Origin: Geosiphon pyriformis uo1
Lineage: Eukaryota; Fungi; Glomeromycota
NCBI GenBank assembly: GCA_016748015.1
Contig: JAAOMT010000762.1
Span: 372,001-436,000 of the forward strand
Reading direction: 5' to 3'
Length of the DNA stretch: 64,000 bases
In this document: in pieces, positions 26,201-40,336 of the stretch
Layout: every line of letters begins with the position of its first letter
Numbering within the stretch: the first letter of the stretch is position 1
The notes under the pieces: generated by a model
Seen by the model: the letters and a program-made list of their open reading frames with translations, nothing else
Told to the model about the DNA's origin: nothing
The model's database searches: none
Position numbers and translations under genes: made by a program

Positions 26201-27379
26201 AAAGAAAACAGCAAAAGAAAACAAAAAACTTTTTTTTCAAAATTATGTTTTTTGAAAAATTTAAAACATAGGAAAAAAAGAAGTTTTTATAATTTAAATA
26301 TAAATTATTTTTAATATAAAATATATTAATTTTATAAAAATAAATAATAATTGGATTTTATTAAGCAAATAAAAAAATTTTAAGCAAAATAAAAATTTAG
26401 TAACCTAATTTAATGCTTTATAACTTGTAATAACAATATTACAATTGGTTTTACTGTTAAATACAGTTTATTTTAATATAATTTTTGTTAATTTTTAAAA
26501 TAAAACATAATTTGTTGTAAAGTATTATCCAAAAAATAATTAATACAAATTTTTAAAATTTTTTTGTTTAATAATTTTTTGAGTTTTATAATTAAATAAA
26601 CCTTTACTGCATTTTTTATTATTAATTAAACTTAATTATAGCTAATTGTTATTTGCCAATTATTTTGGTTTTATCTTTTCCAAATATTTTTAAGACTGTA
26701 ATCACTTTTTATGCCAAAAATTTTCAAAAAATATTTCTTTGCAGGACTTTTTTTGACTCAACATCTGTAATTTCTTCATTAATTGCCACCAATACAATTT
26801 AATGTTTTTTGCTGTTGAAATTGCTTTTAACATAACTGCTTTAACAATTAATGATACAAGTTCTATAATTACCTAATTGGAAAGACAACCTATGAAAGCG
26901 ATCGATTGTAAATCACTGTTGGGAGAACATCGAGACATGTGGCTTAATCTACTTCCAAGGATAACAGAAAATTTGCAAGATCCGTTCAATGCAAGCCAAA
27001 CTTGAAGGCAAAATAAGATGCAAAGTTCGAAGCTAATTGGAAAGTCAATTTAACGCCATGCACTACACCAACCAAAGCCCTCAGAAAAAAAGGAAAAAGT
27101 TCAGAAATTAAATTTTACTGTATAGGTTTTAGATTTCCCTTTATCTTCAAACGGCTTTTTATAATTGTGAATTGGCAAGTCAAAAAACCTGCAACTAATG
27201 TAATTGAATCTTCTTAAGATTCATATTATTCAACATGAGCTCAAGAGATATGTACCAAACAGAAGTAACGGAAGGTTAATAGTTGTGTACAGTGGGCAAT
27301 GGAATTTGCACCATATTTAAGCTGGTCACTGAAATTTCTTCATAATAGATTTTGGTACATCCCCTGTATCCTTTACTGG

Positions 27380-29690
27380 TTACTCGAGTAGCTTCTTCAT
27401 CAAAGAATTGTGCATTTCCTGGACATCCTCCGAGTCTCTTTGCACGGTATTTATTAAATGTGTGATTCCCTGCTGCTCGTCTGCTAGCACCTATAGTCCA
27501 TAAGAGCAATTAAACATTGAGTCGAGGCGTCTAACTAAAGATCTTTGAATCGAGTCCCCTACCTCAATAATTGATCCCAATTGCCGCTCATCCACTACAT
27601 TATATTTTTGTGTTGGTATTTGTGAACTCATTTGGACTTTCATAATACTAGCCTGTGTGTTGAGTTGTTCTAATTTTTGTAATGGTCGTTGGAGTCTTTG
27701 TTGAATTCGCTCTAATTCTGCTTGCGTCCTTTCGTCTTCTGGTCGGAATGCTTTGCCTTGAAGTTTCTTCAAATGCAACTGCTTCATTACCTAAGGAAAA
27801 AAGAAAGCAAGAAAAAAATTAAGAAATTTCAAAAAACTTTGGAAAATAGTTACAACCTTAACTTACAGTTATCATCCGCTGCGTTATTTCCAAGGTTTTT
27901 TGTTTACATTGGTCAATTTTAACTAAATTTTCCATGTGATGTTTATCTTGCATATTTTTTATTTGTCGTTCTAGTTCCTAAATTATGTAGAAATAGAATA
28001 TTATTATCAATTTTAGTATAAACAACTAATCAAATGAAATTGTATACCTCGAGCTTCGTTTTACACATCTCTGAAAACTTTTGTTCGAATTCAATTCGTT
28101 TCTTGACACCATCAAAGCCTATAGAAAGAACTGGCACCAAGCTAATAACCGAGAGAAACACAGAATAAAAATCATGATGATGATGATGATGATGATTATA
28201 TTGAGTATACAAGAGCTCACTTTACCATGAGGGATCTGGATTTTCTTTTTGTGCTTTTTCCCAGAGGATCGACGGTCGATCGGTTGGCGGTCCATAAGCC
28301 TTCATGTCTTTAGGATGAACCATGCTATAGAAGTAATGCTGTGAAGAGAATATATACAATTATATTTTCAAAAAAAAATTGTAAAAAAGATGGTAATTTA
28401 AATTTACCTGAAATTTGTATTCAAGAGATGTTGGATCCCAAGCACTGCCAAGTTCAACCAACTTTTCAAAAGGGGATTTTTCAACCGAACCTGGATTTTG
28501 GGAGAAATAGATCCCATAATATTTCGCGTGAGTGTTTAGAGACGTCCAATCAACAGTGACCTTTTATAAGGATACGTCGTTGCTGTATGAGCGAAGGATA
28601 TCTTCAATTTGCAACTGGATATTAAAAATAAATGTCAGGAAATGTCTTTACCAGCTAATTGCTGCTGCTGCTGCTGTTGTAGATATAATTGTTGTTGTGT
28701 GGTATTCATACCCAAAATCGAAGAGGTATTTCCCCCTGTAAAAGAAAACCCATTGGCAGCCGTTGAAGCAGCTGGTGGGTTAAATGAAGAAGAATTTAGA
28801 GATGGGGTGGTTGTGGTCGTGGATGGAAAAAACCAAGTCGGTTTTTGAGCACCAAATGTCCCTCCTGTAGCTGCAGGCTGCCCGAATCCACTAAACGTAT
28901 TTGACTGTGGTCCCGTACTTCCAATTCCAAAAGGTGTTGATTGTTGAGTTGATTGTGTATTAGTACCAAATATTCCGCCACTTCCACCTGTTCCAAAACC
29001 AGAAGCAGGTGCTGTTGTTTGATTTCCCGCAAATCCACTAAACCCAAACATAGGTTTTGATGGAGTGACTGCAGGGAAGGAGAAAGCATTTGTCTGCGTT
29101 TGTTGCTGAGCGCCAAACCCACCAAAACCCCCAGTATTGTTTGATGGCTGTGTAATAAAACCAAAAATTGACGAACTTGTCTTTGCTGGGGCACCAAACG
29201 AACCAAAACCAGTTGGAGCTGCTGTCGAAGCAGCAGCGCCGAAGGCTCCACTGCCAAAAGCGGGTTGAATATTACTACTAAAGGTTCCACCAAACGCACC
29301 TGGAGCGTTCCCAAAGCCACTTCCGGAACTAGCTTGAGTAAGACCAAAGGCACCAGCACCTGTGTTTCCGAAGGCTCCAACTCCTGGACCTCCGCTTGCA
29401 CCCAACGTAGACGGAAGATTGCTGAAACCTGTCCCTCCTCCTAAACCTCCGCTTGCTCCAAAACCGCCAGTCGCAGTTCCAAAACCAGCGGTGTTAGTCC
29501 CAAAACTACGAGTATTTCCAAAACCACCACCACCCCCAAATCCTGTGTTGGCGGCTGTAGCAGCGGGTGTCGCTCCAAAGCCAAATGCAGCGGTATTTTG
29601 TTGGAGATTTGACCCGAAACCATTCCCACCAAAGCCTGTATTGCCTGTGGTGGTGGAAGCGGGAAAGCCAGAGCCAAAGCCGAACGACAT
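27380..29690 (-). CDS. NUP57: FG nucleoporin Nup54/Nup57, 7 exons, 592 aa
   Basis: Exons 29690-28652, 28490-28408, 28338-28226, 28141-28048, 27977-27867, 27790-27563, 27490-27380. All introns GT-AG; 1779 nt in frame. FG-rich N-terminus, then AWDP..YKFQHYFY, WEKAQKENPDPSCLVPVLSIGF and a C-terminal coiled coil (QQGITHLINTVQRD), typical of Nup54/Nup57. Confidence 0.92.
28174..28196. repeat. (ATG)n microsatellite in nucleoporin intron 3
   Basis: Seven full ATG units inside intron 28142-28225. Confidence 0.9.
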
Positions 29691-29940
29691 TCTTGTAGAA
29701 GGTAAACGTTAGGACTAGAAGAAATAAGGGACTGCGCAAAGGCTTAACAGTCAACTACAAGGACACAATTTTGTATTATCATTATCATAAATTGATGACT
29801 AAATTTTAAATTAATCGAAAAATGAATATTAAAATCGAGAAAATCTACAGGGTTTTAGAAATTGTGATCATTAAAAATCAAACAAAATTTTATGCACAAG
29901 TATAATTAGCCAGTTCAAATTAAAAACTATTGCTCGATGT

Positions 29941-32878
29941 TCAAAAAACTGGTGAATGCAAGATAAAAAAAGTGCTCTCCTCTTTTTTAATCCATCTTAA
30001 CAATCCATTTACAGAAGCAATCAAAGCGGATTTGGGAACCAGAGGCCCAAATGCGGCGTAGAGTTCGAAACTTGCCGTAATCTGCACGAGAAACTTGGTT
30101 AAAAATAAGGAGCTTCAAAAATAAACAACAAAAAAATCAAAGTGAAGTATATACCCATCCTAAGATTGTCTCTGTTGAACTCACGCAGTAATGTACTCTG
30201 AGTGGCCGTATTCGGGAATGCATACGATCATGGGTATAACGATATAACTTGAACAATCTAGAAAAATGAAAGTAATTTTATTAAAACGAGTTGAAATGAA
30301 ATTCATCAGGAACAAATAACTTCTAAAGGAACCCATTTTCCTGTCTCAATTTTACGTATTTAATGAAGTGCTATGAAGCCTTTTTCGAGTTCTAACCTCA
30401 TATAATTTGAGTTTTTACTTACTTTCGCCTTTCTCTTGGAGTATTAAATTTAGTAAAGGCTGGCGATGTGTATTGAACATGGGTTTTTGATTTATAAATA
30501 AAATGACGAAGACCAGGTATCCCAACATCCGCTGAAAAAAATTAAAAAGCCTTTTAAAAAGAATGAACAAGATGAGAAGCCTTGATTAATAAATCTATTT
30601 GTTTTAAAATACCAATTGAATAACCATCAGCTTGAGTTGATTCTTCCAAATCTCGAAGTGCATTTGTTGATGAAAGTTGCTATATTTGGTTAAGGAGTGT
30701 TTTAATTTAGAGAAATTAAAGGATTATGATAAGCTTTGAGCGGTCTTACCTCTACTATAGTCCTTTTGGCTTCGGATAGCTCGAAAAATTTATCTCTATC
30801 CGGCGAAATTAACAATAAGCATATATCTGAAGCAATATAGCAAACGTAAGCGTGTAAAAATCCCTTGTTATTGAACTTTGGAAGACATATAGGGGTCCAC
30901 GATTCGGCCGATCGAAACGTGGATGAGCCGTTGATCATATTAAAAATCAGATGAAGATCTGAAAGCATAATATCCAATTATAATCATAGAAATCACGAAG
31001 TCAAATCAAGTGGTTAAATATAGAAATACCGGCTGGATGAAGACTGTGTTTTCTTGGCCTTAATAAGGTTATCAGCTTATTATTCGCTATCATCATGGCG
31101 TACAAGAGATCCTGTGTTACAATTTCCAAGATGAACTAAAATATCAAGCAAAAAGGATCGGTGTATTTTAACGAATTACCTTTGATTTTACAAGTTGCAT
31201 TGAGGCACCAATTTTATCCCTCAACTCTTTTGGCATCCGTACACATTGAATTGAACCCAACATAAAACCTGGGTCATCACTTAGACAGTTAGAAAGATTA
31301 TCTAAAAAGATCTCGGTTCCTAAACAAATTAGCAACATATAAATGGCAAGAATATTATAAACTAATTAAGAAATATTTATCTGTTCCATATTTTCACAAA
31401 AAATGCTAATGATATATCTACCTCCAAGTAGCCTTCGTAGATCAAAATTGATTCGTTGATCGAAAATCTTTGTCAATTGAGATGAGGTGAGGACACTCAA
31501 TATTGTGTTATATAAATAATTTAACTGATCACGCAACTTTAAATAAGGAATATTATAGAGTCAGATTACAATATAAAGAAAAAAATTTGATGAAAATGAA
31601 AGTGGAGGTAAAAAAGCCTTAAATTACCTGAGATTCGGATTCATTTGTCCGAGAAACTGCAACAAGATATAAAGGACCCTTCAGCAAAAACACAAATTTA
31701 TGCTGTCCCGCATTGATACACCTAAAAGACTGACAAAACTTAATAAAAAAAGCCACAAAAATAAGAAGAAAATAATAGCTACCGAATCGAGTCATCTGCA
31801 TCTGCAAAGAAGGAAACTATAGCTTGGACTACACCCATATAGCTTGATATGCGCGATTCGTCACCATATCTGTGTTATACATCAAACAAACGGAAAGACC
31901 AAGTTAGAAAGGGATCAATAATTGAATGCCGGATAAGACCCTATTAATTACATTCACCATAAACAAAATACCGTGTATAAATGGGTTTTCCAGAGCTACT
32001 CAGAATGAAAAAGTGTTTTCGGTGCCGAGACCACGTTAAGGACTGAGGATCTGTTAGAATTCCCAGACAAGAGGAATTGTTTACAAAAAATTAGATCGTA
32101 ACATTTTGATGGTTTCATTCGTTTTTGACTATTGATCTAAAATGCAATGAAAAATAAACCTTCATGAACAAATTTGCGTCGATAACCAGAATATTGATCA
32201 TCTAAAGAAAGAACAGATGTGTCACGACTTCTGGAGTGGCCATTCAAGCCATTATTAATACCACCATTCCATTCGGAAGACGAATCCGAATCTGAAAGTC
32301 ATTGAAAAAATGTGTAAGGGTTTTTCTATGTTGTAGAGATGAAAAAGGCTCACATTGAGAATATTAGTGGTAAACCCACCAACGCATTCTTCAATGGGAT
32401 CAAGCATTCCTCCCTCTGAAATTATATCATGATCAAAATGACCACTCAGCAAGGGACTTTTTTGGCCGTTCAAAATATTTTTCCCATTCCCAGCACTTGC
32501 ATAAAGTCGCTGGGAGTGTTGCTCACTATTGTTGGACATTGAAGAATTTGATCGATTCATCAAACCGATCAAAAGACCATCAACGCCTACTTCCTTTGTG
32601 CCGCCAACTCCTCCTAGTTCAATTTTATTGGAGATTGCATTAAAGCTTTTTACAGAAGATCCCGCAGAAGAAGGGCTATAAGCCGGAATAGAAGAATGAT
32701 CCAATGAAAGCTGAGTAGTGGGCTTCGACTTTAAAGAAGAAATTGTGGCCCGTGGCTTTAAAGTGGGGGAAATTTGGTTCTCTGAAATTACAACGCTGGT
32801 ATTAGAATCGGAAAAGAAATCTTCGATTATTGGAGAAATAGGAGACAACAATGGACTTCTACTGGAAGGAAGAGACAT
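29941..32878 (-). CDS. MON1: Vacuolar fusion protein Mon1 (Mon1-Ccz1 Rab7/Ypt7 GEF subunit), 13 exons, 618 aa
   Basis: Exons 32878-32380, 32291-32160, 32050-31972, 31869-31783, 31721-31628, 31536-31422, 31319-31180, 31111-31030, 30958-30750, 30679-30613, 30531-30423, 30257-30155, 30081-29941. All GT-AG; 1857 nt. Motifs [58 protein letters not shown]. The exon 1 donor is the least certain. Confidence 0.95.
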
Positions 32879-33849
32879 TTTTATGTAAGCACACGAATGT
32901 CAAAGAAAGTTTGCACTTTAATTTGAAATAAAGTATAATTGTTGTATTATTTAATATTAAATTATAAATGTTTTGTAAAAATGTGAAATATTATTAAATA
33001 AAAATTTATACAAATAATTTTTTTGTTTTTTAAGTATATAAATTTTATAATTACAGTTAAAAAAAATTTTATATTATATTATAATTGCTATTAAAATAAG
33101 CAAATACAAAAAGCTTTTTTTAATATATTAATTAAAAAAAATTGGAAATACATTATAAACTTTCTTTTTTATATTATTTTTAAACCAACAATTTAATAAA
33201 ACATTATATAAAAAAAACTTAGTACAATTTTTAGTTTTTTAATAAAAACACAAATAATTGTTTTATAAAAAATAAAACATTTTTAATAAACTAAAAAAAG
33301 ATATAAAATATTTTTATTTTATTTTTTTATTATGCTTTAATAAAGTGTAATTTTATTATATAATAAATATACTAAATTAAACATATTTTTTATATGTAAT
33401 TAATTATTTAAATTTATTAAAACCAAACTATAGTAAATTTACAAAAGCAAACTTATTTAAAACAATTATTTTTGTATAATTATTATTACTAAAAATTAAA
33501 CTAGTTAATTGTATTATTATAATTAAAAAACCATAATTTTTATTAATTATTATATGTATTAAATAAATAATATTATATAATTAATTATTTTATTTTTAAA
33601 TAATAATTATTGATTTAATTATTAATTTTTTTTAATAATTATATAAGTAATAAATCTTTTAATTATAAAAATACATAAAATAAATAATATAATAAAAATA
33701 AAAATTACATATTTAATATAATTTTTATATTACTTATTTTATTTTTTTAAATATCTAAATATTTTTATTATTATTATATTTAATAAGTAAAATTTAAATA
33801 CTGCTTAGTATAATATATTAAATTAAATAATTTAAATTATATATAAATC

Positions 33850-36800
33850 ATATATTTAATTACATATAACCAGTTATTCAAACTAATTAAGACAATATTA
33901 AGTATTTATATAAACAAAAACCATGTTTTTAATACTTAAAAAAAATGAACATAACTTATATATATTAAAACTTATATCAAAAGCTTTAATAATATTAAGT
34001 ATTTTAACTATATTTTTAAACAAAACAAATAATATATTAGTAATATCTATAGAAATAGTTTTATTATGTAGAATCAAATTACTTTTATTTATAAATATCT
34101 AGTATTTAAAATAAATAAGCCAAATATTATTTCTATAAGCCAATTTAAATTTATGTACAAAATTTATAATTTTATGACTAATAATTTTAATATCTTTGAA
34201 AATCAAAACAGTTTTCAAAATGTATTTCTTAAAAACAAACTTTTTATATAAAACTATATACACAATAGTATTAAAAAAACATAAAAACAATAATTAAAAA
34301 ATACATAAAAATAATCTAAGCTAATTAAAAAATGTTTTTTAAATGACTATATAATTATTTAACAATTTTTTATAAGCACTACTATCTATTTTATAAAAGA
34401 AAATATAATCTGAAAACTTAATATTCTTATAAAGTAAATAAACTATATTATAATAATACTTATTATATAACTACTTATAAATAGTTATTAATAATTTATA
34501 ATATAAGATTTTTATAAATTAAAAATATGTATTAGTTATAGACTTACTTATAAATTCAATAAACATATAAGAATTAAAATACTATATTAATAATAATCTA
34601 ATATAATTTATATTTTTAAGTAAGCTATTTTCTAAAACTCTAAATTCAAATTTAATCTTCTAATAAACATAATAAATAGCCTAAAAATTTTTACAAATAA
34701 AATGTCTTGTATTTTCTAAAATTATTTTATTATTAATTTTAATAAATAATTTTATATATAAGCAAAAAGCACCAAATTTAAAAAAAAGCAGTATTAATTA
34801 ATATATTAGCTTTTTTATTGTCTAAAACATTCAAGTGTTCTTTAATTTTATGTTAATTAACATTTAAATTTTTTTTTAATAATGTTTACAATATATTAAC
34901 ACTTGATTTAACAACAATTATAAAAGTTTAACAAAACCAAATTTAACTTTAATTTATATTTATCCAAAGTTATTTGGCTATCAAAAAATACCTTAACTAT
35001 ATTAAAAAAAAAACACTCTTTAAAACAAGTATAATAGTCTATAATTTTATTATAATAAAGAAAACTAAATTAGATATATTAATACCTAAATCCAAATTTA
35101 TATTCTTAAAAAAAGCTATAACACTAGCTTTTATATTAAAAGTATTTAAATTACTTAGAAAACTATCAGTTTAAACAAAAAAACAAATCATATTAGTATT
35201 AAGTAGTTAGTTATAAACAATGTTAAATTCACAAAAACTACAAATTTTTAAAGATTAAGGTCTAATAGCCAAAGACAAGTTATTAAGACAAGAGTTCAAT
35301 TTAACAAAAAATTTAACAAAAAAAACAAATTAACCAAGAACAAAGCTATAAGAGTCCAACTTTTTCCAATGTTTAAAAATTTTTTAATTAAAAACTATGC
35401 TCTTTTTATTATACAAATGTTTAATAAAACAACACCAAATTATTTGAGTGAAAAAAAATTTCAAAAAACAGATCCACCCAAGATTGTTAACATAGAAATA
35501 TTATTTTAAAAGTAAAATACTAAATACAAAAAATTGTTCAAAAATAAGTTATATTCATAAAAAATATAAATCACACTTATCAAAAAATTATTAGATAAAC
35601 TGATTTTAATACAAACTAAAAAACACAAAAAGTAGTAAAAAAACCAGTTTAAAATTTGTAAATGAAGAAATTTATTGTTAAACAAATAATTCAAAATGTC
35701 ATGTACATTAAAAAAACACAGTACAAATATTAACTTGTCTTTAATTTATATTTGAATAAAAGTTTTTAGATCATAAAAAGAAAGATAATAGATTGTATTA
35801 CATAGAAAATCCAAAAACAAACATAATTTTGATTTTAAATTCTTACAAATTACAGTATTTTATTTATTATACACACTATTAGAAACAAAACTGAATTGAA
35901 TTTTATAACTAATAATAAAATATAATATTACCAAAACTATATATAAAAACTGTTTATTAAAAATAGTTTTCTTTAATATAATATTAGCAAAAAATTTGAT
36001 ATTTAAGTAGGCTTTTACTAAACTAAACTTTAATAAGTCTTTTATTAACAAAAAAATATTTAAATATTAATAAGATTCCTTTTTTTTTGCAATAAAAATT
36101 AACAGACTACTAATTAATAAAAAAAAGTTTATAATTTTATAGTTAATTAGAATAATTACTATTTTGTTATTATTAATTAAAATATTATTAATTTAAAAAA
36201 ATTTATTTGCAATATCTAAAATATGCTAAATTACTGTCTAACTATATTTAATCCAAATTATATTATTAACAAAAATACCAATAACTAAAAATAATATCAA
36301 ACTAGTTTGAATCTTAATTTGACTAATTTTAATAACAAACTTAGAATTAATTTTGTAGTTATATATACACTTCTGTTTCTTAACATTATATAAAAAAAAG
36401 TTATAGAAAATATACCAAAAAAGAGATAAAAAAACTTTATTTTGATTTAGTTTATTATAAATACAGTATTTATCTATTAAGCCAAAATCAGTTATAATTT
36501 AATTGACATAATTATTGTAAATACTACCAAAAAAGCTAACAAATCTGTTATATATCTTAATTTTTAACTTACAGAATTATGTACTTTATATATGTTTTAT
36601 AAAACCAGCCAAAGTTTATAATTTTTTTCCAAAGCAACTTTTACTATTAAATTAATCATGAAAATAAAAGATTAAGTTATTATATCTTTAAAAACTAAAA
36701 AATTATTTTCATAAAAAACATTTAATTTGCTAAAAAAATTTTATCAAAAAAATCTTAAAAAAAACTTTTCAAGTCATTTCAATTAAAATAATAAGTCAAA

Positions 36801-39800
36801 TATTTATTAAAACTTCCTTTTATTTATATAGTTTAAATATCATTAAAACCCAGATTTTTTTTCAAGATTAAAAAACAAATTTATACATTAAACAAAAATT
36901 TAAAAACTCTAAAAACATATTTAATATTACTTTATTATAATGTTTTTATAATTTGTTTAAGATTCTAAAAAAACTAATTGTTTTTTTATCAAACAAATTC
37001 TTAATTATATCTACCAATTTATTAAAACTAATAGAATACATAATATTTAAAAAAATATTATTAGCAATATAATTCAATAAATAATATTAATATTACTATA
37101 TTTTAGACATATCTTTTAATATTTTGTACTTTTTAATTCAATTTTTTATGATATTATTTATTTTAAACTTAATTAATTTAGGTTCTAATATCAATTTTTT
37201 TTAATTATTAAATAGTCTAATATTATCTTACAAAAAAAATATTTTAAAATATTTCAAATAGTATGAATTTTATTTAACACAAAGCTTTTTATCTTTTTAT
37301 TAATAACAAATTTAATATATATTTCCTTAATACATTTAGATTTTATTATCTTAAAATCATAATATAACTTTTTAATTCTTAATAAACCAAATTAAATAGT
37401 ATTAAATAAGTACTTAAATTAATAAAAACTCTTATATTAGAAATATTATTAATATTAAAAAATAATTAAAGACTTAATAGCAAATTAAATATGTTACTTA
37501 AAACCAAACAAAATATTTTAACCAATTTAAAGACCAAAATTTTCAATTTGTAAAAACAAAATAAAAATTTTGTGAAAATATTATTATAGTTCTTATATTA
37601 AAATCTGAAAAAAATTTTATTTACTAACAGATAAATTATCTTATAAACAATATTTTATGTTTAAAAATTTTTTTGCAATAAAAAAATTATTAATAAACAT
37701 AACAAAAATATTAAGTATTAAAATCTTAAACAAATCCTATTTTATATTATTAACATTTTTTAAATTGAATTTATATTAATTTTTATTAACTTGTAATTAA
37801 AAAGTTTTTAAAACCAAATTTAGTAAACTATTAAAACCAATAATAATATAAATAATATTACAATCAGTACTAAAAAATTTCTTTATACATATAACTTTTT
37901 TGTTAATTAATGTATTCATCAAGTTAAATAAAACAAAAATAAAATTAATAATTTTTTTAATATTTTAAAATTCTTCTAAATAAAATTCTTAACACAAAAA
38001 CTGCCAACCAATAAATTAACTAGATCTAAATTCACACATTTTTTAAAGTTGGCACTATATTTAACACTATTTTTATTAAAATTATTTTTCAAAACAACAA
38101 AAGTATTCTTATTATATACATGAACTATAAAAAAATTAATAATAGCAACTTAGTTTAAACATTTTTTTAAAGATATATTTACATACAATCTTAATACAGA
38201 AATTAATTGTTTGTTTTTAAATAATAAACAGATTATTAAAAGTTTACCAAAAATCTCTGAAATTTTTAAGCCATATTTAGCCAAATGTTTATTTATAATC
38301 AAAATAATATTAAACCCAAATATTCAGAATTCAAACCAAAAATAAATACTTTAATACTTAAAAACTTATTTACAATTTAAAATTTAATACTGAAATAAAG
38401 CTTAATTTCAATAACAATTGAAATTTTATTTTTTAATTCATTATGCTGTCCAATAATATTATTTTGCTTAACAGAAATATTTATTTTTTTAATATTACAT
38501 GTAGTTATTTTTTAGGTTAAGCTATTTATTAAGAATAAAAAAAAATACCATTCTACTATTCAAACTAAAAAACTTCAATTTATCCAAAATAATTATAATT
38601 AAACCTTCTAAAACTATTATATTAGTCTTTAAATCATTAATTTTGGCAGTTAGAATTTTAAATTTATTTAAAGAAATAATCTAAAAGATATTAAAATTAA
38701 TACATAGAAAATGAGCAATGAGCAATAGCTTATTAATGGTTATGTCTAATATAGAAGTAGTATTAAGAATAAGTATTTTTACAATATAATCTAAAAATAG
38801 TTAAAAAAAATCATATCTAGCTTATAAAAAATATTAATAATATAATTAAACAAAAATTTTAAGAAACACTTAAAAAAATCCAATCTGAAAGTCAAAATTG
38901 AAATAACAAAAACTTTTTTTGAATTATTAACCAATATATTTAACAAAAAAACACCAACAGATAATATAAAAAAAAGATATTTTAGACTATCACTTACTAC
39001 AAAAGCTTAAATTATATCACTAAAAAAAACTGAATAAAATACCAAAGTTTGTTTTTTTGTATATATTAAAACAAAATGCTTTTTATTAGAATTAAAAATT
39101 TTTTTTCAAGTTTCTATCAAAAGATTTTAAATTTGGCTTATAAATACTAAAAACATAACTAAATTTTTTACACTTAGTATAAATAGAACTAAAAAGCCCA
39201 ACTCAAACCAAATCAATACTTTTAAAAACAAAAATTAAGAAAACAACCATATTTTTAAATACAATAGAATTAAAACACATAACAATATAATATATTTATA
39301 TATATAAAACTAAATTGTGAATAATAATACACATTTTTTTATTATAAAACAAAACTAGACCAGAAATATTATAAACAGTCATGCTTATTAAAAATTATAT
39401 AAAAAAGCATAATAGCAGTTTTTTTTGTCTTACAACTGTTTATTAATATTGGTTTTTACTATATGTATTAAGTTTTTATTTAAAAAAATTAATTATTTAA
39501 AAGACACTAGGTTAGTAGTATCATAATTTTTAAATTCAACAAGTGCTTTCTGCCAAAAACCAATTAATTACATTCTAATAGAAATAATTTTATCAAATTT
39601 AAATAGTATTATCTTAAGTATTAATTTAAGAAAAATTAACTAAAATTTTTTTAACAATAATTTTTCAATTTGATCTAATATTAATTTTTTTTTATAGTTA
39701 ACTACTTTGTAACTTTGAAATTAGATTTAAATATAAACAATATCCTAATAATTTCTTAAAATTTTAAGAAAATTGATACACTCTTAAAACAATCAATATT

Positions 39801-40336
39801 AAAAAATTTTTCTTAATAAACTTAAGTTTGTTATTTAAATTTTTGTTAAATATAATCAAAAGTTAATGTTTAATACAAACAATTAGACTAAATTAAAGCT
39901 TTTTTTTTTTTAATATAGGTATTTAATTATAAAATAGAATTAGTTAACAAAGATAAGGAAAAATTTATATTATCATCATTATTTTTAAAGCTAAAATTAT
40001 ATAAGTTAAGAGAAAAAATTACTACTTTTTTAAAAATAAACTATTTTACTTTTAAAATATTGATACAATAATTTAATAATCTATTATTTTTATTCCTAGT
40101 GCTATAATTAATATTATTTATAATCAAGTTTTTTATTATATTATTTAAAAAAATATATATTTTTTTAAACTAAACAATATTATATAAAGATAATTTGAAC
40201 TTTAAATCTACTTTATTACTTAATGTTTTATCTTATTAATTAACATTTTAGGTTTTTGTACCAGATTTTTACTTACTAAGTCTGAAAAAATATTTTTAAT
40301 TGACTTTTTTTTTAGATATTATGTTATTAATAATAG
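33850..40336 (-). mobile_element. LINE-b, near full length but extremely AT-shifted
   Basis: ORF2 runs from ~38529 ((M)NSLT*KITTCNI) to a stop at 33898. RT motif FVNNIIW at ~36253-36280. ORF fragments 34099-34290, 35506-35694 and 35860-36051. ORF2 start to the IMKKW landmark is 1403 bp in both LINE-a and LINE-b. The ORF1 start region is hit by an LTR at 40337. Confidence 0.8.

Noticed and set aside
28030-28212. ORF with a poly-His run
   Set aside because: The His run is the intronic microsatellite read in frame with exon 4.
28609-29754. Overlapping ORFs in the nucleoporin exon 1 (29362-29712 +, 28796-29401 -, 28609-28848 + with poly-Cys)
   Set aside because: Shadow frames of GC-rich FG-repeat and poly-Gln codons.
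32255-32379. MON1 exon 1 extending to the ORF stop or to the GTGAGC donor at 32353
   Set aside because: Only the phase-1 donor at 32379 gives an open frame into the next exon.
32920-40336. AT-rich block as organellar or endosymbiont insertion, or an alternative genetic code
   Set aside because: Most of it is a hypermutated LINE; stops vary between copies, and the host genes use the standard code.
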